Positions 19,659 through 29,476 of a stretch of 64,000 nt of DNA are shown piece by piece. This DNA is from Spirochaetia bacterium (GTDB lineage Bacteria > Spirochaetota > Spirochaetia > SZUA-6 > Bin103). Below the pieces are notes generated by a model. It was given only the letters and a program-made list of their open reading frames with translations, was not told the DNA's origin and did not search any database. How positions within the stretch are numbered: the first letter of the stretch is position 1; the number at the start of each line of letters is the position of its first letter. The position numbers were made by a program, and so were the translations under genes. The DNA is taken from NCBI GenBank assembly GCA_965215345.1, contig CBDCDL010000001.1:320163-384162 (forward strand), written 5' to 3'.

Positions 19659-20687
19659 TTACTCCTTGATATCCAGAACGACCTTGCCGCAGCGACCGGC
19701 GGTCATGGCCGCGAAGCCATCCTCGAAGTCGCCGAGCGCCAGGCGGTGCGTGAGCACCGGCGAGACCTCCAGGCCGCTGCGCAGCATCTGCGTCATCTTG
19801 TACCAGGTCTCGTACATCTCGCGGCCGTAGATGCCCTTGATGCGCAGGCTCTTGAGGATCACCTGGTTCCAGTCGATGGTGGTGGACTCCGGCAGGAAGC
19901 CGAGCAGGGCGATCTGGCCGCCTGAGTACATGTTGGCCAGCATGCTCCGGAACGCATCGGGGTTGCCGGACACCTCGATGCCGCGATCGAAGCCGTTCGA
20001 CATGCCAAGCTGGGCGACGGCGTCCTCGACCGAGTCACGGGTCACGTTGACGGCGAGGGAGGCGCCCATGCGACGCGCCAAGTCCAGCCGGTAGTCGTTG
20101 ACGTCGGTGACCACCACGTGGCGGGCGCCCAGGTGGCGACAGATGGCCGCGGCCATCACCCCGATCGGACCGGCGCCGGTGATCAGCACGTCCTCCGCCA
20201 CCAGGTCGAACGACAGGGCGCAGTGCGTGGCGTTGCCCAGCGGGTCCAGGAAGGCGGCGATCTCGGTCGGAATGCTGTCGTGGATCGGCCACAGGTTGCT
20301 CTCCGGCATCACGACCAGCTCCGCGAATGCCCCGTCCCGGTGTACGCCGACCCCCCGGGTGAGGTGGCACAGGTGCGGCGTGCCGGCGCGGCAGTTGCGG
20401 CACAGGCCGCAGGTGATATGCCCCTCGCCGGAGACCCGGTCGCCGACCCGGTGCAGCGTCGCGCCGGGGCCCAGCGCGACCACCTCGCCCACGAACTCGT
20501 GGCCCAGCACCAGCGGTGGCTCGACGACGCTCCGCGCCCATTCGTCCCAATGGTAGATGTGCAGGTCGGTGCCGCACACCGCCGCCTTGACAACGCGGAC
20601 CATCACTTCCTTGGGGCCGGGCTCGGGCTCCGGCACCTCGGTCAGCGTCAGGCCGGGGCCGGCCGCCTCCTTGAGCAGTGCTTTCAT
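19659..20687 (-). CDS. tdh: L-threonine 3-dehydrogenase (zinc-dependent MDR family).
   Basis: Start at the internal Met [13 protein letters not shown] (cat at 20685-20687, checked against the ORF frame); 342 aa. Zn ligands CGTDLH...GHEFVG..; [15 protein letters not shown] motif. Forms a tdh-kbl operon. Confidence 0.9.
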   Translation of the reverse strand: MKALLKEAAGPGLTLTEVPEPEPGPKEVMVRVVKAAVCGTDLHIYHWDEWARSVVEPPLVLGHEFVGEVVALGPGATLHRVGDRVSGEGHITCGLCRNCRAGTPHLCHLTRGVGVHRDGAFAELVVMPESNLWPIHDSIPTEIAAFLDPLGNATHCALSFDLVAEDVLITGAGPIGVMAAAICRHLGARHVVVTDVNDYRLDLARRMGASLAVNVTRDSVEDAVAQLGMSNGFDRGIEVSGNPDAFRSMLANMYSGGQIALLGFLPESTTIDWNQVILKSLRIKGIYGREMYETWYKMTQMLRSGLEVSPVLTHRLALGDFEDGFAAMTAGRCGKVVLDIKE

Positions 20688-20900
20688 GGATGGCCGGCCG
20701 ACAGTGTAGCGCACCGTCGGCCCGAGGCTATGATGGGCCGAACTGGTCGTTCCACTCCCGGCACGCGGTCTCGATCTGGATCGCCCGACTCGCAGAACCC
20801 GGTGGTCTGGTCTCGCACGCGCGCGTCCATGTTCGTTTGACCACACGGCCACTCCCAGCGATGAACCGGCATACAGGAAATGTCTCCCTGTCGTACACGG

Positions 20901-21329
20901 TCAAGCCGGGTCGGGTTGCGGGCGGTTCCGAAGACATTCATCGACGAACGCACTGGGGCTCCGCACTCGCACGTCCGGCATCCGCGGCTCCGGGAAGTGC
21001 TTCCGGTTGCCGGTTACCAGAACGTCGGCATCGGCTGCGGTCGCCACCTCGACGAACATCGCGTCGTCGGCGTCCGGAAGCGCTACTCCAAGCGGCTCCG
21101 CCAGCACGGACTCTCCGTTCGTTTCAATGAGTTCCAATATCTCGTCGATCCGGTCTTCGTCAAAGGCGAAGCTTCCGCGCGTCAGGACGTCTCGATACTC
21201 GGCGAGGATGCGCTCATCGAAGCAGAGCGCAATGCTGCCCGTCAGAATGGACCTGAGAATCGCGCCGGGCGGGCCGTGGGGAGAGAGGAATCCGGACACC
21301 AGGACGTTGGTGTCGAGCACGATCCTCAC
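20901..21329 (-). CDS. PIN-domain toxin (VapC-like; putative toxin-antitoxin system toxin component, PIN family).
   Basis: 142 aa. MRIVLDTNVLVSGFLS...DADVLVTGNRKHF. Overlaps the upstream antitoxin by 4 nt. Confidence 0.8.
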   Translation of the reverse strand: MRIVLDTNVLVSGFLSPHGPPGAILRSILTGSIALCFDERILAEYRDVLTRGSFAFDEDRIDEILELIETNGESVLAEPLGVALPDADDAMFVEVATAADADVLVTGNRKHFPEPRMPDVRVRSPSAFVDECLRNRPQPDPA

Positions 21330-21616
21330 CGCGCACTTCGACTCGTGCGTGCTGCCTTGATCTCGGCGTCGATCTGTTCCATCGACATCCGGTCGAGACC
21401 ACGGCGTGCCGCCTCCCGTTGGATGTCACGGAGCGCATCACGCGCCCGCTGACGACGGATCTCGGCCAGCGACCGTTCGAGTGACTCCGCGGTCGTGGCG
21501 CTCAGAATCGCGACCGGTTTCCCATGGCTCGTGACGACCAGATCTCGTTCCTCCGCGAGGTCTCTCCAGAGCTGTGACGTGTGGTTGCGAAGTTCCCGAA
21601 CCGAAACGAACCTCAT
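21326..21616 (-). CDS. Phd/YefM-family antitoxin partner of the PIN toxin.
   Basis: 96 aa. MRFVSVRELRNHTSQLWRDL...VVTSHGKPVAILS. Confidence 0.7.
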   Translation of the reverse strand: MRFVSVRELRNHTSQLWRDLAEERDLVVTSHGKPVAILSATTAESLERSLAEIRRQRARDALRDIQREAARRGLDRMSMEQIDAEIKAARTSRSAR

Positions 21617-21735
21617 CTCACTCCCTCGGTGTTAAACAATAGTGTGTCCGATCGTAGTCACAAAGGAGGCTCCGATTCAAGCCGCCGAAACGGGAGCTGC
21701 CGCTGCAGACGGACTTGCTGTAGACTCATCGCCGC

Positions 21736-22071
21736 ATGGCGTTCGACACGTCGGTGCTCGACGCGGCGATCCGGCGCCGCCGTGATCGGCTGGAGCGGGA
21801 ACGGGCCGAGCTGCTGGAGCGGGTGTCGGCCGCGCTTCGCGCGAAGGCGGGCGCACTCGGTATCCGCCAGGCGTATGTCTTCGGTTCTCTGACACGCAAG
21901 CACGGCTGGGGCGACGCCTCGGACGTGGACGTGGCGATCCACGGTGGCGACCTGCTTGCCGTCATGCGCTTGGTAGAGGATGCCTCCGGACGCGAGGTGG
22001 ACGTGGTCGACCTGGATCGGCACCCGGTTCCGGAGCTGCTCCGGCGGAACGGAGTGCATGTCGTTGGATGA
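21736..22071 (+). CDS. Minimal nucleotidyltransferase (MNT/MntA-like), the antitoxin component of an MNT-HEPN pair.
   Basis: 111 aa. GS..(9)DxD motif VFGSLTRKHGWGDASDVDVAI. Confidence 0.8.
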   Translation: MAFDTSVLDAAIRRRRDRLERERAELLERVSAALRAKAGALGIRQAYVFGSLTRKHGWGDASDVDVAIHGGDLLAVMRLVEDASGREVDVVDLDRHPVPELLRRNGVHVVG

Positions 22072-22528
22072 TCAACGCCTGGCGCTGCTTCGCCGGGATC
22101 TGCAGGATCAGTGGGAGATCATCGACCGCGTGTTCGCGAAGATCGCCGAGCGGCGCCTCGGCGCTTCGGCATCGGCGGTGCAGGTGGAGGCGCTGGCCTA
22201 CCAACTGCACAACCTGTACGGCGCGTGCGAGCAACTGTTCGAGCTGATCGCGCGGGCGTTCGAGAACCAGATCGACGGCGCGACCTATCACGTCGATCTG
22301 CTGCGCCGCATGAAGGCGGAGATCACCGGCGTCCGGCCCGCGCTCCTCACCGAAGGGCTCGCCGGGCGCCTGAACGAGTTGCGCGGATTCCGCCACTTCT
22401 TTCGCCACGCGTACGACTCGGAGCTTAACTCCGGGCGGGTCACCGCGCTGGCGGCAACGGCGCTGGCGCTGCGTCGGGAGATCCGGGACTCCCTGGACCG
22501 ATTCATCGCCAGTCTGCAGACCGGTTGA
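22058..22528 (+). CDS. HEPN-type toxin partner (nucleotidyltransferase-substrate-binding / HepT-like).
   Basis: ATG at 22058 overlaps MNT by 14 nt. 156 aa. Rx4-6H-like motif RNELRGFRHFFRHAYDSE near the C-terminus. Confidence 0.7.
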   Translation: MSLDDQRLALLRRDLQDQWEIIDRVFAKIAERRLGASASAVQVEALAYQLHNLYGACEQLFELIARAFENQIDGATYHVDLLRRMKAEITGVRPALLTEGLAGRLNELRGFRHFFRHAYDSELNSGRVTALAATALALRREIRDSLDRFIASLQTG

Positions 22529-22686
22529 GCCACGACGACCCACTCACCATGACTCAACTGACCGAGCGAGCGCCTTGACGCGAGCCGAGCATTACAGGTA
22601 GCTTCTCCGGGATTGCCCGGACGGCTCTTCGGGCCGATGGGCACAATCTCATATCAACCCCACGTGAAAGGGAGGTTCGCAGAACG

Positions 22687-24501
22687 ATGAGAAAACTGCT
22701 CATCTCGCTTCTTACCCTGGGCTTCGTCCTTGGATCCGCCTTTGTGGCGACCGCCGAAGGCTCGCAAGAGTCGATGGCGGAAGGTCCGATGGAGATCAGC
22801 TTTCAGGGCATTTACGGCGACGCGGTCGTCGAAGGCAACGCGATCCAGAAGGCTCTGGAAGAGAAGTTCAACATCAAGATCACCGACTCCACCCTGGCCC
22901 GGCGCCCGCAGGAGACGATCGACTTGATGATCGGCGCCAACGAGCATCCGGACGCCATGTACTCCTGGACGAATCACGACCAGTGGTTCGCCGCCGGTGC
23001 GTATCGCTCCATTCCGATCGACATGGTCCGTGAGCACGCGCCCAACCTGGCGCGCGACTGGGACACGATCGGTCCGGGCGCCTGGATGATGTCGGCGGTC
23101 CCCGGCGATGCGTCCGCCCTGCGCGGCCTCCCGCGCGGCTATGCGCACCAGGCCGGTGCCGGCGCGGCGGTCAACTTCCGCTACGACTGGCTGGGCATGG
23201 TCGGCGCGCGCGAGGCGCTCGGCGTGTCCCAGGACATGGAATCGAGCCCCGAGAGTCCGGAAGGCGTGCTCGACAGCAATCCCGGGTTCGACCCCGGCCA
23301 CTGGTTCGTCAGCTACAACACGCCGAACATCGTCGACGTGGAGGCGGCTCTGGAAGCGATCGTCGCGGCCGACCCGGTCGGCGGCGGCCGGACCCTCGGC
23401 TACAGCGGCTGGCCCCGTGAAGGCAGGCCGTGTTACTGGTGGTCGTTCGGTGCGGTGTGCCAGGCATACGGCGTCGCGTCGGAGTCCTGGTGGATTCACG
23501 AGGCCGCTGACGGCAGCGCGACGATCCACTACGGCTGGGACAACGTGAAGACGGCCCTGGAGACCCTGCAGCGCTGGTATCAGAAGGGCATCCTGGACAG
23601 CGAGATCCCGGCATTCGACCGCGCCGCATTCGATGACAAGGTCGGTGCAGGTCTGGTCGCGATGTATGGCCGCGGCGCCCAGGGATGCTGGAACGCCGAT
23701 GACGGTCCGGCCAATCCGGTCGTCGGCTGTCTGGCCCGTGTCAACAACCCCGATTTTCAGGAGCTGATGGTGCATGCGGTGACCGCTCCGGACGGGACCT
23801 ACGGGCTCCGGCATGAGAACACGGCGCTGCCGCTGGGCGGTCCCGGCGAGTGGTTCGTCGTCCGCCATGACGTCTCCGATGAGAAGCTGGCCAAGATCCT
23901 GCAGATCTTCGACTACACGACCGGCACCTGTGAAGGCTTGATGCTTGCCGACTACGGTATCGAGGGCGTTCATTACAACGTCGAGGGTGGCGCACCGATG
24001 TGCGCGGACGACGGGATCGAAGCTGCCCGCGCCGGCGGCGTGGCGGTCCGCACCAGCGCGGATTGGGCAGCGCTCACCGCCGACGGCGTAGCCCACTACT
24101 TCGACAATAATGGGTTCTACACGCGGCTGTACGGCGACGGTTTCCCCGGCAACACCCAGTGGGAGCCGCTCAAGTCCTACGGCCAGTGGCGCGGTCCGGG
24201 CGGTGCCGGCACCACCCACCTGATCCGCATGTACAAGGAGGACGTGTTCAACGAGACCCGGCACAATGAGCTGCGCGCTCAGTACAAGGGTGCCCTGGAC
24301 ACGATCCACGGCGAGTTCATGTACAAGGCCATGACCACCGACCTCGACATCGATGCCGAGTGGCCGAAGTACATCGAGCAGCTCAACGCTGCCGGCATGG
24401 CTGAGATCAACGCCGAGCTGAACAAGCTGCAGTACACGGTCGCCGAGCTGAACTCCGTCGGCGTGACCTGCGGTGAGTCCGGGTGCGTCGCTAACAAGTA
24501 G
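22687..24501 (+). CDS. Large extracellular solute-binding protein of a CUT1/Lpl-type sugar ABC importer, with a signal peptide.
   Basis: 604 aa. RBS GAAAGGGAGG upstream. N-terminal MRKLLISLLTLGFVLGSAFVATAEG. Convergent with the permease operon on the minus strand. Confidence 0.8.
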   Translation: MRKLLISLLTLGFVLGSAFVATAEGSQESMAEGPMEISFQGIYGDAVVEGNAIQKALEEKFNIKITDSTLARRPQETIDLMIGANEHPDAMYSWTNHDQWFAAGAYRSIPIDMVREHAPNLARDWDTIGPGAWMMSAVPGDASALRGLPRGYAHQAGAGAAVNFRYDWLGMVGAREALGVSQDMESSPESPEGVLDSNPGFDPGHWFVSYNTPNIVDVEAALEAIVAADPVGGGRTLGYSGWPREGRPCYWWSFGAVCQAYGVASESWWIHEAADGSATIHYGWDNVKTALETLQRWYQKGILDSEIPAFDRAAFDDKVGAGLVAMYGRGAQGCWNADDGPANPVVGCLARVNNPDFQELMVHAVTAPDGTYGLRHENTALPLGGPGEWFVVRHDVSDEKLAKILQIFDYTTGTCEGLMLADYGIEGVHYNVEGGAPMCADDGIEAARAGGVAVRTSADWAALTADGVAHYFDNNGFYTRLYGDGFPGNTQWEPLKSYGQWRGPGGAGTTHLIRMYKEDVFNETRHNELRAQYKGALDTIHGEFMYKAMTTDLDIDAEWPKYIEQLNAAGMAEINAELNKLQYTVAELNSVGVTCGESGCVANK

Positions 24502-24550
24502 GCGCAAGCATCCGGTACGAGCGGTCAATCCTTTGGCTGCTCAGATCTGA

Positions 24551-24580
24551 GAAGGGACGGTCGTTCATGGCCGTCCCTTC
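24551..24580 (+). terminator. Perfect 10-bp stem hairpin (GAAGGGACGG / CCGTCCCTTC) with a 10-nt loop. Candidate bidirectional terminator between the convergent SBP gene and permease operon.
   Basis: Read from sequence; followed by TTCAATGG, which is only weakly T-rich. Confidence 0.4.
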
Positions 24581-24875
24581 TTCAATGGTGCGCCCGGCAT
24601 GGGCTCTCGCCAGGAGGTGCGGCGTGCGCCGAGCATGCCAAGGTCTGCACCTCAAGACCGGCTGGCGACGTAACCGCTCGGCGATCCAGAGTCGCCTCTG
24701 TGACGCAGCCACCTGGACAGGATCGTCATCGCCCGGGTGGTCCCAGGTACACGCTGCCTCTCACATGCGTCGCTTCTGCGGGTTGCAGCGGCGTGAACAA
24801 GCCCCCGTGCGTGTCGCTACGCAGTAGGAGACGATTCCTGTAGGAGAGGGTTGGGGGAGTGATGACCTGCGGGAG

Positions 24876-25799
24876 CTAGCCTTTCACCGATCCGAGCATG
24901 ACGCCCTTCACGAAGTACTTCTGAATGAAGGGGTAGAACAGCACCACCGGGCCGATGGTGATCAGCGTGGTCGCGGCCTGGATCGACCGGTGCGGGATGC
25001 GTGCCCAGTCCGGCTCGATCCCCTGCGCGCGGAGCTCGTCCACCAGGCGCTGCATGGACTCGTCGGTCTGAAAGCCCTGCAGGCGCTGCACGATGGCGCG
25101 CAGCAGGAGCTGCAGGATGCGCTTGTCCTTGTCGGTGATGTAGATCAGCCCGTCGAACCACGCGTTCCAGTGGGCTACGACCGTCCACAGCGCGATGACG
25201 GCCAGCACCGGCCTCGACAACGGGATGAAGATGCTGAACATGATGCGCCAGTAGCTGGCGCCGTCGATCACCGCGGAGTCCTCCATCGCCTGGTCGATGG
25301 TCATGATGAAGTTGCGCGTGATGATGATGTTGAACGCCGCGATCGCAGTGGGGACCACCAGAACCCAGCGCGAGTTGATCATGCCCAGGTTCCTCACCAG
25401 CAGGTAGGTGGGAATGATGCCTCCCTGGAAGAACAGCGTGAACACGAGCAGGAAGGTGATCACCCCACGCCCGGGCAGGTTGCGCTTCGAGAGCGCGTAC
25501 GCGGCGCAGAAGGTGACGAACAGCGTCAAGGTGGTGCCGAAAACGACGCGGTGCAGCGTGTTCAGGTAGGCGGTCCCGACGGCGTTCTCCCTGAACACGA
25601 ACGTCCACGCCTCCGTACGCCACTCGTCGTTCCAGAGGTGCAGCCCCCGGCCGGGCAACGATGCCGGCGACGCCAGCGAGGTGGTGACGACGACCCAGAA
25701 CGGATACAGGATCGACAGCGCGAACAGGCCGAGGAAGACGTAGTTGGCGATGTCGAACGCGCGACCGAGCGGCGTCACCCTGACCAGTGGATTCGCCAT
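24876..25799 (-). CDS. Carbohydrate ABC transporter permease (LplC/AraQ-like).
   Basis: 307 aa. DSAVIDGASYWRIMFSIFIPLSRPVLAVIAL EAA-loop region. Confidence 0.85.
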   Translation of the reverse strand: MANPLVRVTPLGRAFDIANYVFLGLFALSILYPFWVVVTTSLASPASLPGRGLHLWNDEWRTEAWTFVFRENAVGTAYLNTLHRVVFGTTLTLFVTFCAAYALSKRNLPGRGVITFLLVFTLFFQGGIIPTYLLVRNLGMINSRWVLVVPTAIAAFNIIITRNFIMTIDQAMEDSAVIDGASYWRIMFSIFIPLSRPVLAVIALWTVVAHWNAWFDGLIYITDKDKRILQLLLRAIVQRLQGFQTDESMQRLVDELRAQGIEPDWARIPHRSIQAATTLITIGPVVLFYPFIQKYFVKGVMLGSVKG

Positions 25800-25809
25800 G
25801 CCTATCTCC

Positions 25810-26838
25810 CTACCAGACCCCGTACTCGCTGTAGCGGCGCACGATCTGATTGGCGCCGACCAGGACGACCAAGCCGACCGCGTTCTGGAAGAGCTGCACG
25901 GCGGTGGCGTAGGAGTAGCGCGCCCCTTCGATGCCGGAGCGGTACACCAGCGTCTCGAACACGTCGACCACCTCGTAGACGTTGGAGTTGTACAGATTGA
26001 AGATCGGGTCGAAGCCGAACTCCAGGATGTTGCCGACGCTGAGCAGGAACAGGATCGTGATCACCGGCACCAGCGCCGGGATGGTGATGTGGATGACGTT
26101 CTGCCAGCGGTTGGTGCCGTCGATGGCCGCGCTTTCGTAGAGCTGGGGGTCCACCCCCGACAGCGCCGCCAGAAAGACGATCGTCCCCCAGCCGACGCTC
26201 TGCCAGGTCGTCACGGCAATGATCAGGCCTCGGAACAGCTCCGGGGTGGTCAGCACCGGGAACGGCTCCATCCCCACCTGCTCCATCAGGTAGGGAATCG
26301 TGCCGCTCTGCATCGACAGAAGTTCCCTGACGATGCCGCTCAGGACGACCCAGGAGAGGAAGTGCGGGAGGTAGCTGATCGACTGCACGGTGCGCTTGTA
26401 CGGGGTCACGCGCACCTCGTTGAGCAGCAACGCCAGGATGATCGGCGCCGGGAAGGAAAAGACCATCCGCAGGACGGCCAGGATCACCGTGTTGCGCAGC
26501 ACGCGCCAGAAGAACGGGTCGTTGAAGACCCAGTCGAACCACTTGAAGTTGTTCCAGGTGCTGCCCAGGACGCCCTTGACGATGTTGTAGTCGACGAAGG
26601 CGATGCTGACCCCGTACATGGGGATGTACTTGAAGACGAACAGCAGCACCACCGCCGGCGCCAGCAGGACGTAGAAGTCCCGCATGCGCCACACGCGCCG
26701 CACCGTCTGCTTGCGCAGGACCTGCTTGAGGTAGGCGGCGCGCTCCTCCTCGGTGGCGAGGCTGTCGTAGACGCCCACGCTCGGGGCGGGGGCCGCCGAC
26801 GACGCCTGATCGCGTCGTTCGGTGGAGAGGTCAGCCAT
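25810..26838 (-). CDS. Carbohydrate ABC transporter permease (LplB-like).
   Basis: 342 aa. C-terminal YRSGIEGARYSYATAVQLFQNAVGLVVLVGANQIV. Confidence 0.85.
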   Translation of the reverse strand: MADLSTERRDQASSAAPAPSVGVYDSLATEEERAAYLKQVLRKQTVRRVWRMRDFYVLLAPAVVLLFVFKYIPMYGVSIAFVDYNIVKGVLGSTWNNFKWFDWVFNDPFFWRVLRNTVILAVLRMVFSFPAPIILALLLNEVRVTPYKRTVQSISYLPHFLSWVVLSGIVRELLSMQSGTIPYLMEQVGMEPFPVLTTPELFRGLIIAVTTWQSVGWGTIVFLAALSGVDPQLYESAAIDGTNRWQNVIHITIPALVPVITILFLLSVGNILEFGFDPIFNLYNSNVYEVVDVFETLVYRSGIEGARYSYATAVQLFQNAVGLVVLVGANQIVRRYSEYGVW

Positions 26839-26950
26839 CGATCGTTCGGTGTCGCTGTGGGGTCATCACGGGGTGCGGAACGCCGGTGGCGACCCTACCG
26901 GTTCGGGTGCTGCGCGTCAACGCCGCATCACCAGACAACCAGACACCAGA

Positions 26951-27934
26951 TCACCAGATCGAGTAATCGTTGTAGCGGCGCACGACCTGGTTGGCCGCGA
27001 TCAGCAGCACGAACCCCACGACGTTCTGGAACAGGTTGATGGCGGTCGCGTACGAGTATTTGGCGCCTTCGATGCCGGACCGGTAGACCAGCGTCTCGAA
27101 CACGTCGGAGACCGACACCACCACGTCGTTGTACAGGTTGAAGATCTGATCCCATCCCTGTTCCAGGATGTTGCCGATTTGCAGCAGCAACAGGATCGTC
27201 ATGACCGGGATCAGGGCCGGCAGCGTGACGCGCAGCGCCATCTGCATGCGGTTGGCGCCGTCGACGCTGGCGCTCTCGTACAGCTCGGGGTCGATCCCGG
27301 ACAGCGAGGCCAGGTAGATGATCGAACCCCAGCCGACGCCCTGCCAGATGCCGGTCGCCACCAGCAGCGCCCGGAACGTCGGGATGTTGGTCAGGAAGCT
27401 GACGGGCTCCAGCCCGGCGAGAGCCATGAGGTAGGGGACGGCGCCGGTCTGCATCGACAGCAGCTCCCTGACCAGGCCGCCCAGGACGACCCAGGAGAGG
27501 AAGTGCGGGAGATAGCTGACCGACTGGACCGCTCGCTTGTAGGGGTCGTTGCGGATCTCGTTGAGCAGCAGCGCAAGGATGATCGGCGCCGGGAATCCGA
27601 TCGCCAAGCGCAGCAGGCTGAGGATCACCGTGTTGCGCAGCACGCGCCAGAAGAAGTAGTCGTTGAAGACCCAACTGAACCACTTGAAGTTGTTCCAGGT
27701 GCTGCCCAGGACGCCCTTGACGATGTTGTAGTCCACGAACGCGATGCCGACGCCGTACATGGGGATGTACTTGAAGACGACCAGCAGCGCCACCGCCGGC
27801 ACCAGCAGGACGTAGAAGGGGCGCATCCGCCACGCGCGCTCCAGGGTCTGCTGCCGGTCGAAGCGGCGCGTCGCCTTCGGGTCGGCCGCCGGCTCCTCGT
27901 GCGTGGTCGGTGACAGGGTGGGGGACTCGCTCAT
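26951..27934 (-). CDS. Second LplB-like ABC permease, a tandem paralog of 25810..26838.
   Basis: 327 aa. Same motif set: YRSGIEGAKYSYATAINLFQNVVGFVLLIAANQVV. Confidence 0.85.
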   Translation of the reverse strand: MSESPTLSPTTHEEPAADPKATRRFDRQQTLERAWRMRPFYVLLVPAVALLVVFKYIPMYGVGIAFVDYNIVKGVLGSTWNNFKWFSWVFNDYFFWRVLRNTVILSLLRLAIGFPAPIILALLLNEIRNDPYKRAVQSVSYLPHFLSWVVLGGLVRELLSMQTGAVPYLMALAGLEPVSFLTNIPTFRALLVATGIWQGVGWGSIIYLASLSGIDPELYESASVDGANRMQMALRVTLPALIPVMTILLLLQIGNILEQGWDQIFNLYNDVVVSVSDVFETLVYRSGIEGAKYSYATAINLFQNVVGFVLLIAANQVVRRYNDYSIW

Positions 27935-28053
27935 GAAACGAGAGGTGCGTGGCCCGGCGCACGCTAGTGCGGACGGGCGCCTGTGTCAAACGCACCGCCT
28001 CGACCTTGTGGGCAGTTCCTTGACATCATGACCCCCTTGATTACATTGAATCC

Positions 28054-28317
28054 GTGATAACCAGGATCACGGGAAAGAACCAGGTGACCGTCCCCGCCCG
28101 CATCGTGGCCATGGAGGGGATGGAGCCGGGGACGCGGCTGGAGTGGATACCGACGGATCGCGATCACGTGATCGAGGTGCGGGTCCTCCCGAACATCGCT
28201 GGCGTCGCGTCCACTCTGCGCGGGCGGGGCGCCAGATACGCGAAGCAGGCGGGCGGAGCCGTGGACCGACTGATGGGCGATCGCCGGCGTGAAGACCGCG
28301 AGGCAGAGGCTCGGTGA
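28054..28317 (+). CDS. AbrB/MazE/SpoVT-fold antitoxin (VapB-like).
   Basis: 87 aa, GTG start. ITGKNQVTVPARIV swapped-hairpin motif. Putative promoter TTGACA...(17)...TACATT at ~28021-28049. Confidence 0.75.
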   Translation: MITRITGKNQVTVPARIVAMEGMEPGTRLEWIPTDRDHVIEVRVLPNIAGVASTLRGRGARYAKQAGGAVDRLMGDRRREDREAEAR

Positions 28318-28745
28318 GTGCCGTCACCCACGTGCTGGATACGTCTGCCGTTCTGGCGCACTACTTCGACGAGCCCGGCGCGGAGATCGTCGATCGGCTC
28401 TGGCAGGACTCCCGCAACCGAATCGGAATCTGCGTGCTCACGGTGCCGGAACTGCGAGGGCGGCTGGAGGCGGAGATCGAGGACGAGGAAGAGATCGACC
28501 GCGCCTTCAACGAGTACGTCGATGCACTCACGTCGAGCCTTGTCGTGGACAGAACGGTCGCTGAGAGCGCCATGGTGCTTCGCCGGGAGAGCGCGGAGCG
28601 ATTGCCGTTGACGGACGCGATCATCGCCGGCTGCGCCCACGCACTCGCGGCCGTATTGGTTCATCGAGACCGGCACATGGAGTCCATTTCGCAGGCTTTG
28701 GTGGCTCAGATCGTGCTCCCACGCCGCTCCGATTCCGCAGGATGA
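28314..28745 (+). CDS. PIN-domain toxin VapC.
   Basis: 143 aa. 4-nt overlap with the antitoxin. VLDTSAVLAHYFDEPGAE...LPLTDAIIAGCA. Confidence 0.8.
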   Translation: MSAVTHVLDTSAVLAHYFDEPGAEIVDRLWQDSRNRIGICVLTVPELRGRLEAEIEDEEEIDRAFNEYVDALTSSLVVDRTVAESAMVLRRESAERLPLTDAIIAGCAHALAAVLVHRDRHMESISQALVAQIVLPRRSDSAG

Positions 28746-28785
28746 CTCCGGGGACGACTCACCGTAGAAGCCCTGCTTCAGGATC
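28720..28785 (+). repeat. Copy 1 of a ~66-nt imperfect direct repeat. It spans the vapC 3' end and stop.
   Basis: CACGCCGCTCCGATTCCGCAGGATGACTCCGGGGAC... is repeated at 29483-29549. The first 36 nt are identical, with ~7 mismatches afterwards. Confidence 0.6.
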
Positions 28786-29466
28786 TCAGGATCGCACGAA
28801 GGCTCCGGGCTGTATCGACGCCTGCTCGGCCCAGTCGAGGTAGGCATCCAGTCGATGGACCAGGTAGTACGGCAGGTTGAGCAGTCGGAAGCGTCGTCCG
28901 GTCGGCGTCACCGCCGGGTGCAGATCGATGCCGCCGTCCCACACGCGCACCGCCAAGTCGTGATCGACCCGTTCCATGAACTGATGCAGCGAGCGCAAGG
29001 TGCCGGCCTTTCCTGACTTGACCTCGATCGGGATCAGCCGGCTGCGGTGCTGGTACAGGAAGTCGACCTCGGAGCTTGACCCCCGCTGCTGGCGCACCCA
29101 GAACAACGGCATGGTGTGCGACCGCAGGTTCGCGGCGATCAGTTCCTGCCCCACGAGGTGCTCTGCGATCCGGCCCCGATAGACCGCGCTCAGCTCGGCG
29201 ATGCTCAGAAGTGCGTCCTGCACGCCGGCGCGGTAGTTCACGAGTCCGGTGTCCAGATAGAGCAGTCGCGGCGACTTGCGCTGATCGGGCAACGCCGGTG
29301 GCGGTCGACGACCGTGGTCTTGCCACCTGACGTGCGCCGCGCAGCACCAGGGGCTTGCGTTTCGTGGGGTCCGAGCACGCCACGCACGGAGCAGATCGAG
29401 TATCTGACGAGAGATCGTGGAGAATGGCGGCAATAGGTAACGTGTCTTGTCAAGGAATGACGGCAA
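28786..29466 (-). pseudogene. 5'-truncated ATPase gene remnant. Only the DUF4143-like C-terminal domain of an AAA_14/DUF4143 ATP-binding protein remains; there is no P-loop domain.
   Basis: The ORF contains LLYLDTGLVNYRAG...IPIEVKSGK, typical of the DUF4143 C-terminal module. The first ~60 codons look like junk. Bracketed by the 66-nt direct repeats. Confidence 0.5.
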
Positions 29467-29476
29467 TCCGTGACGA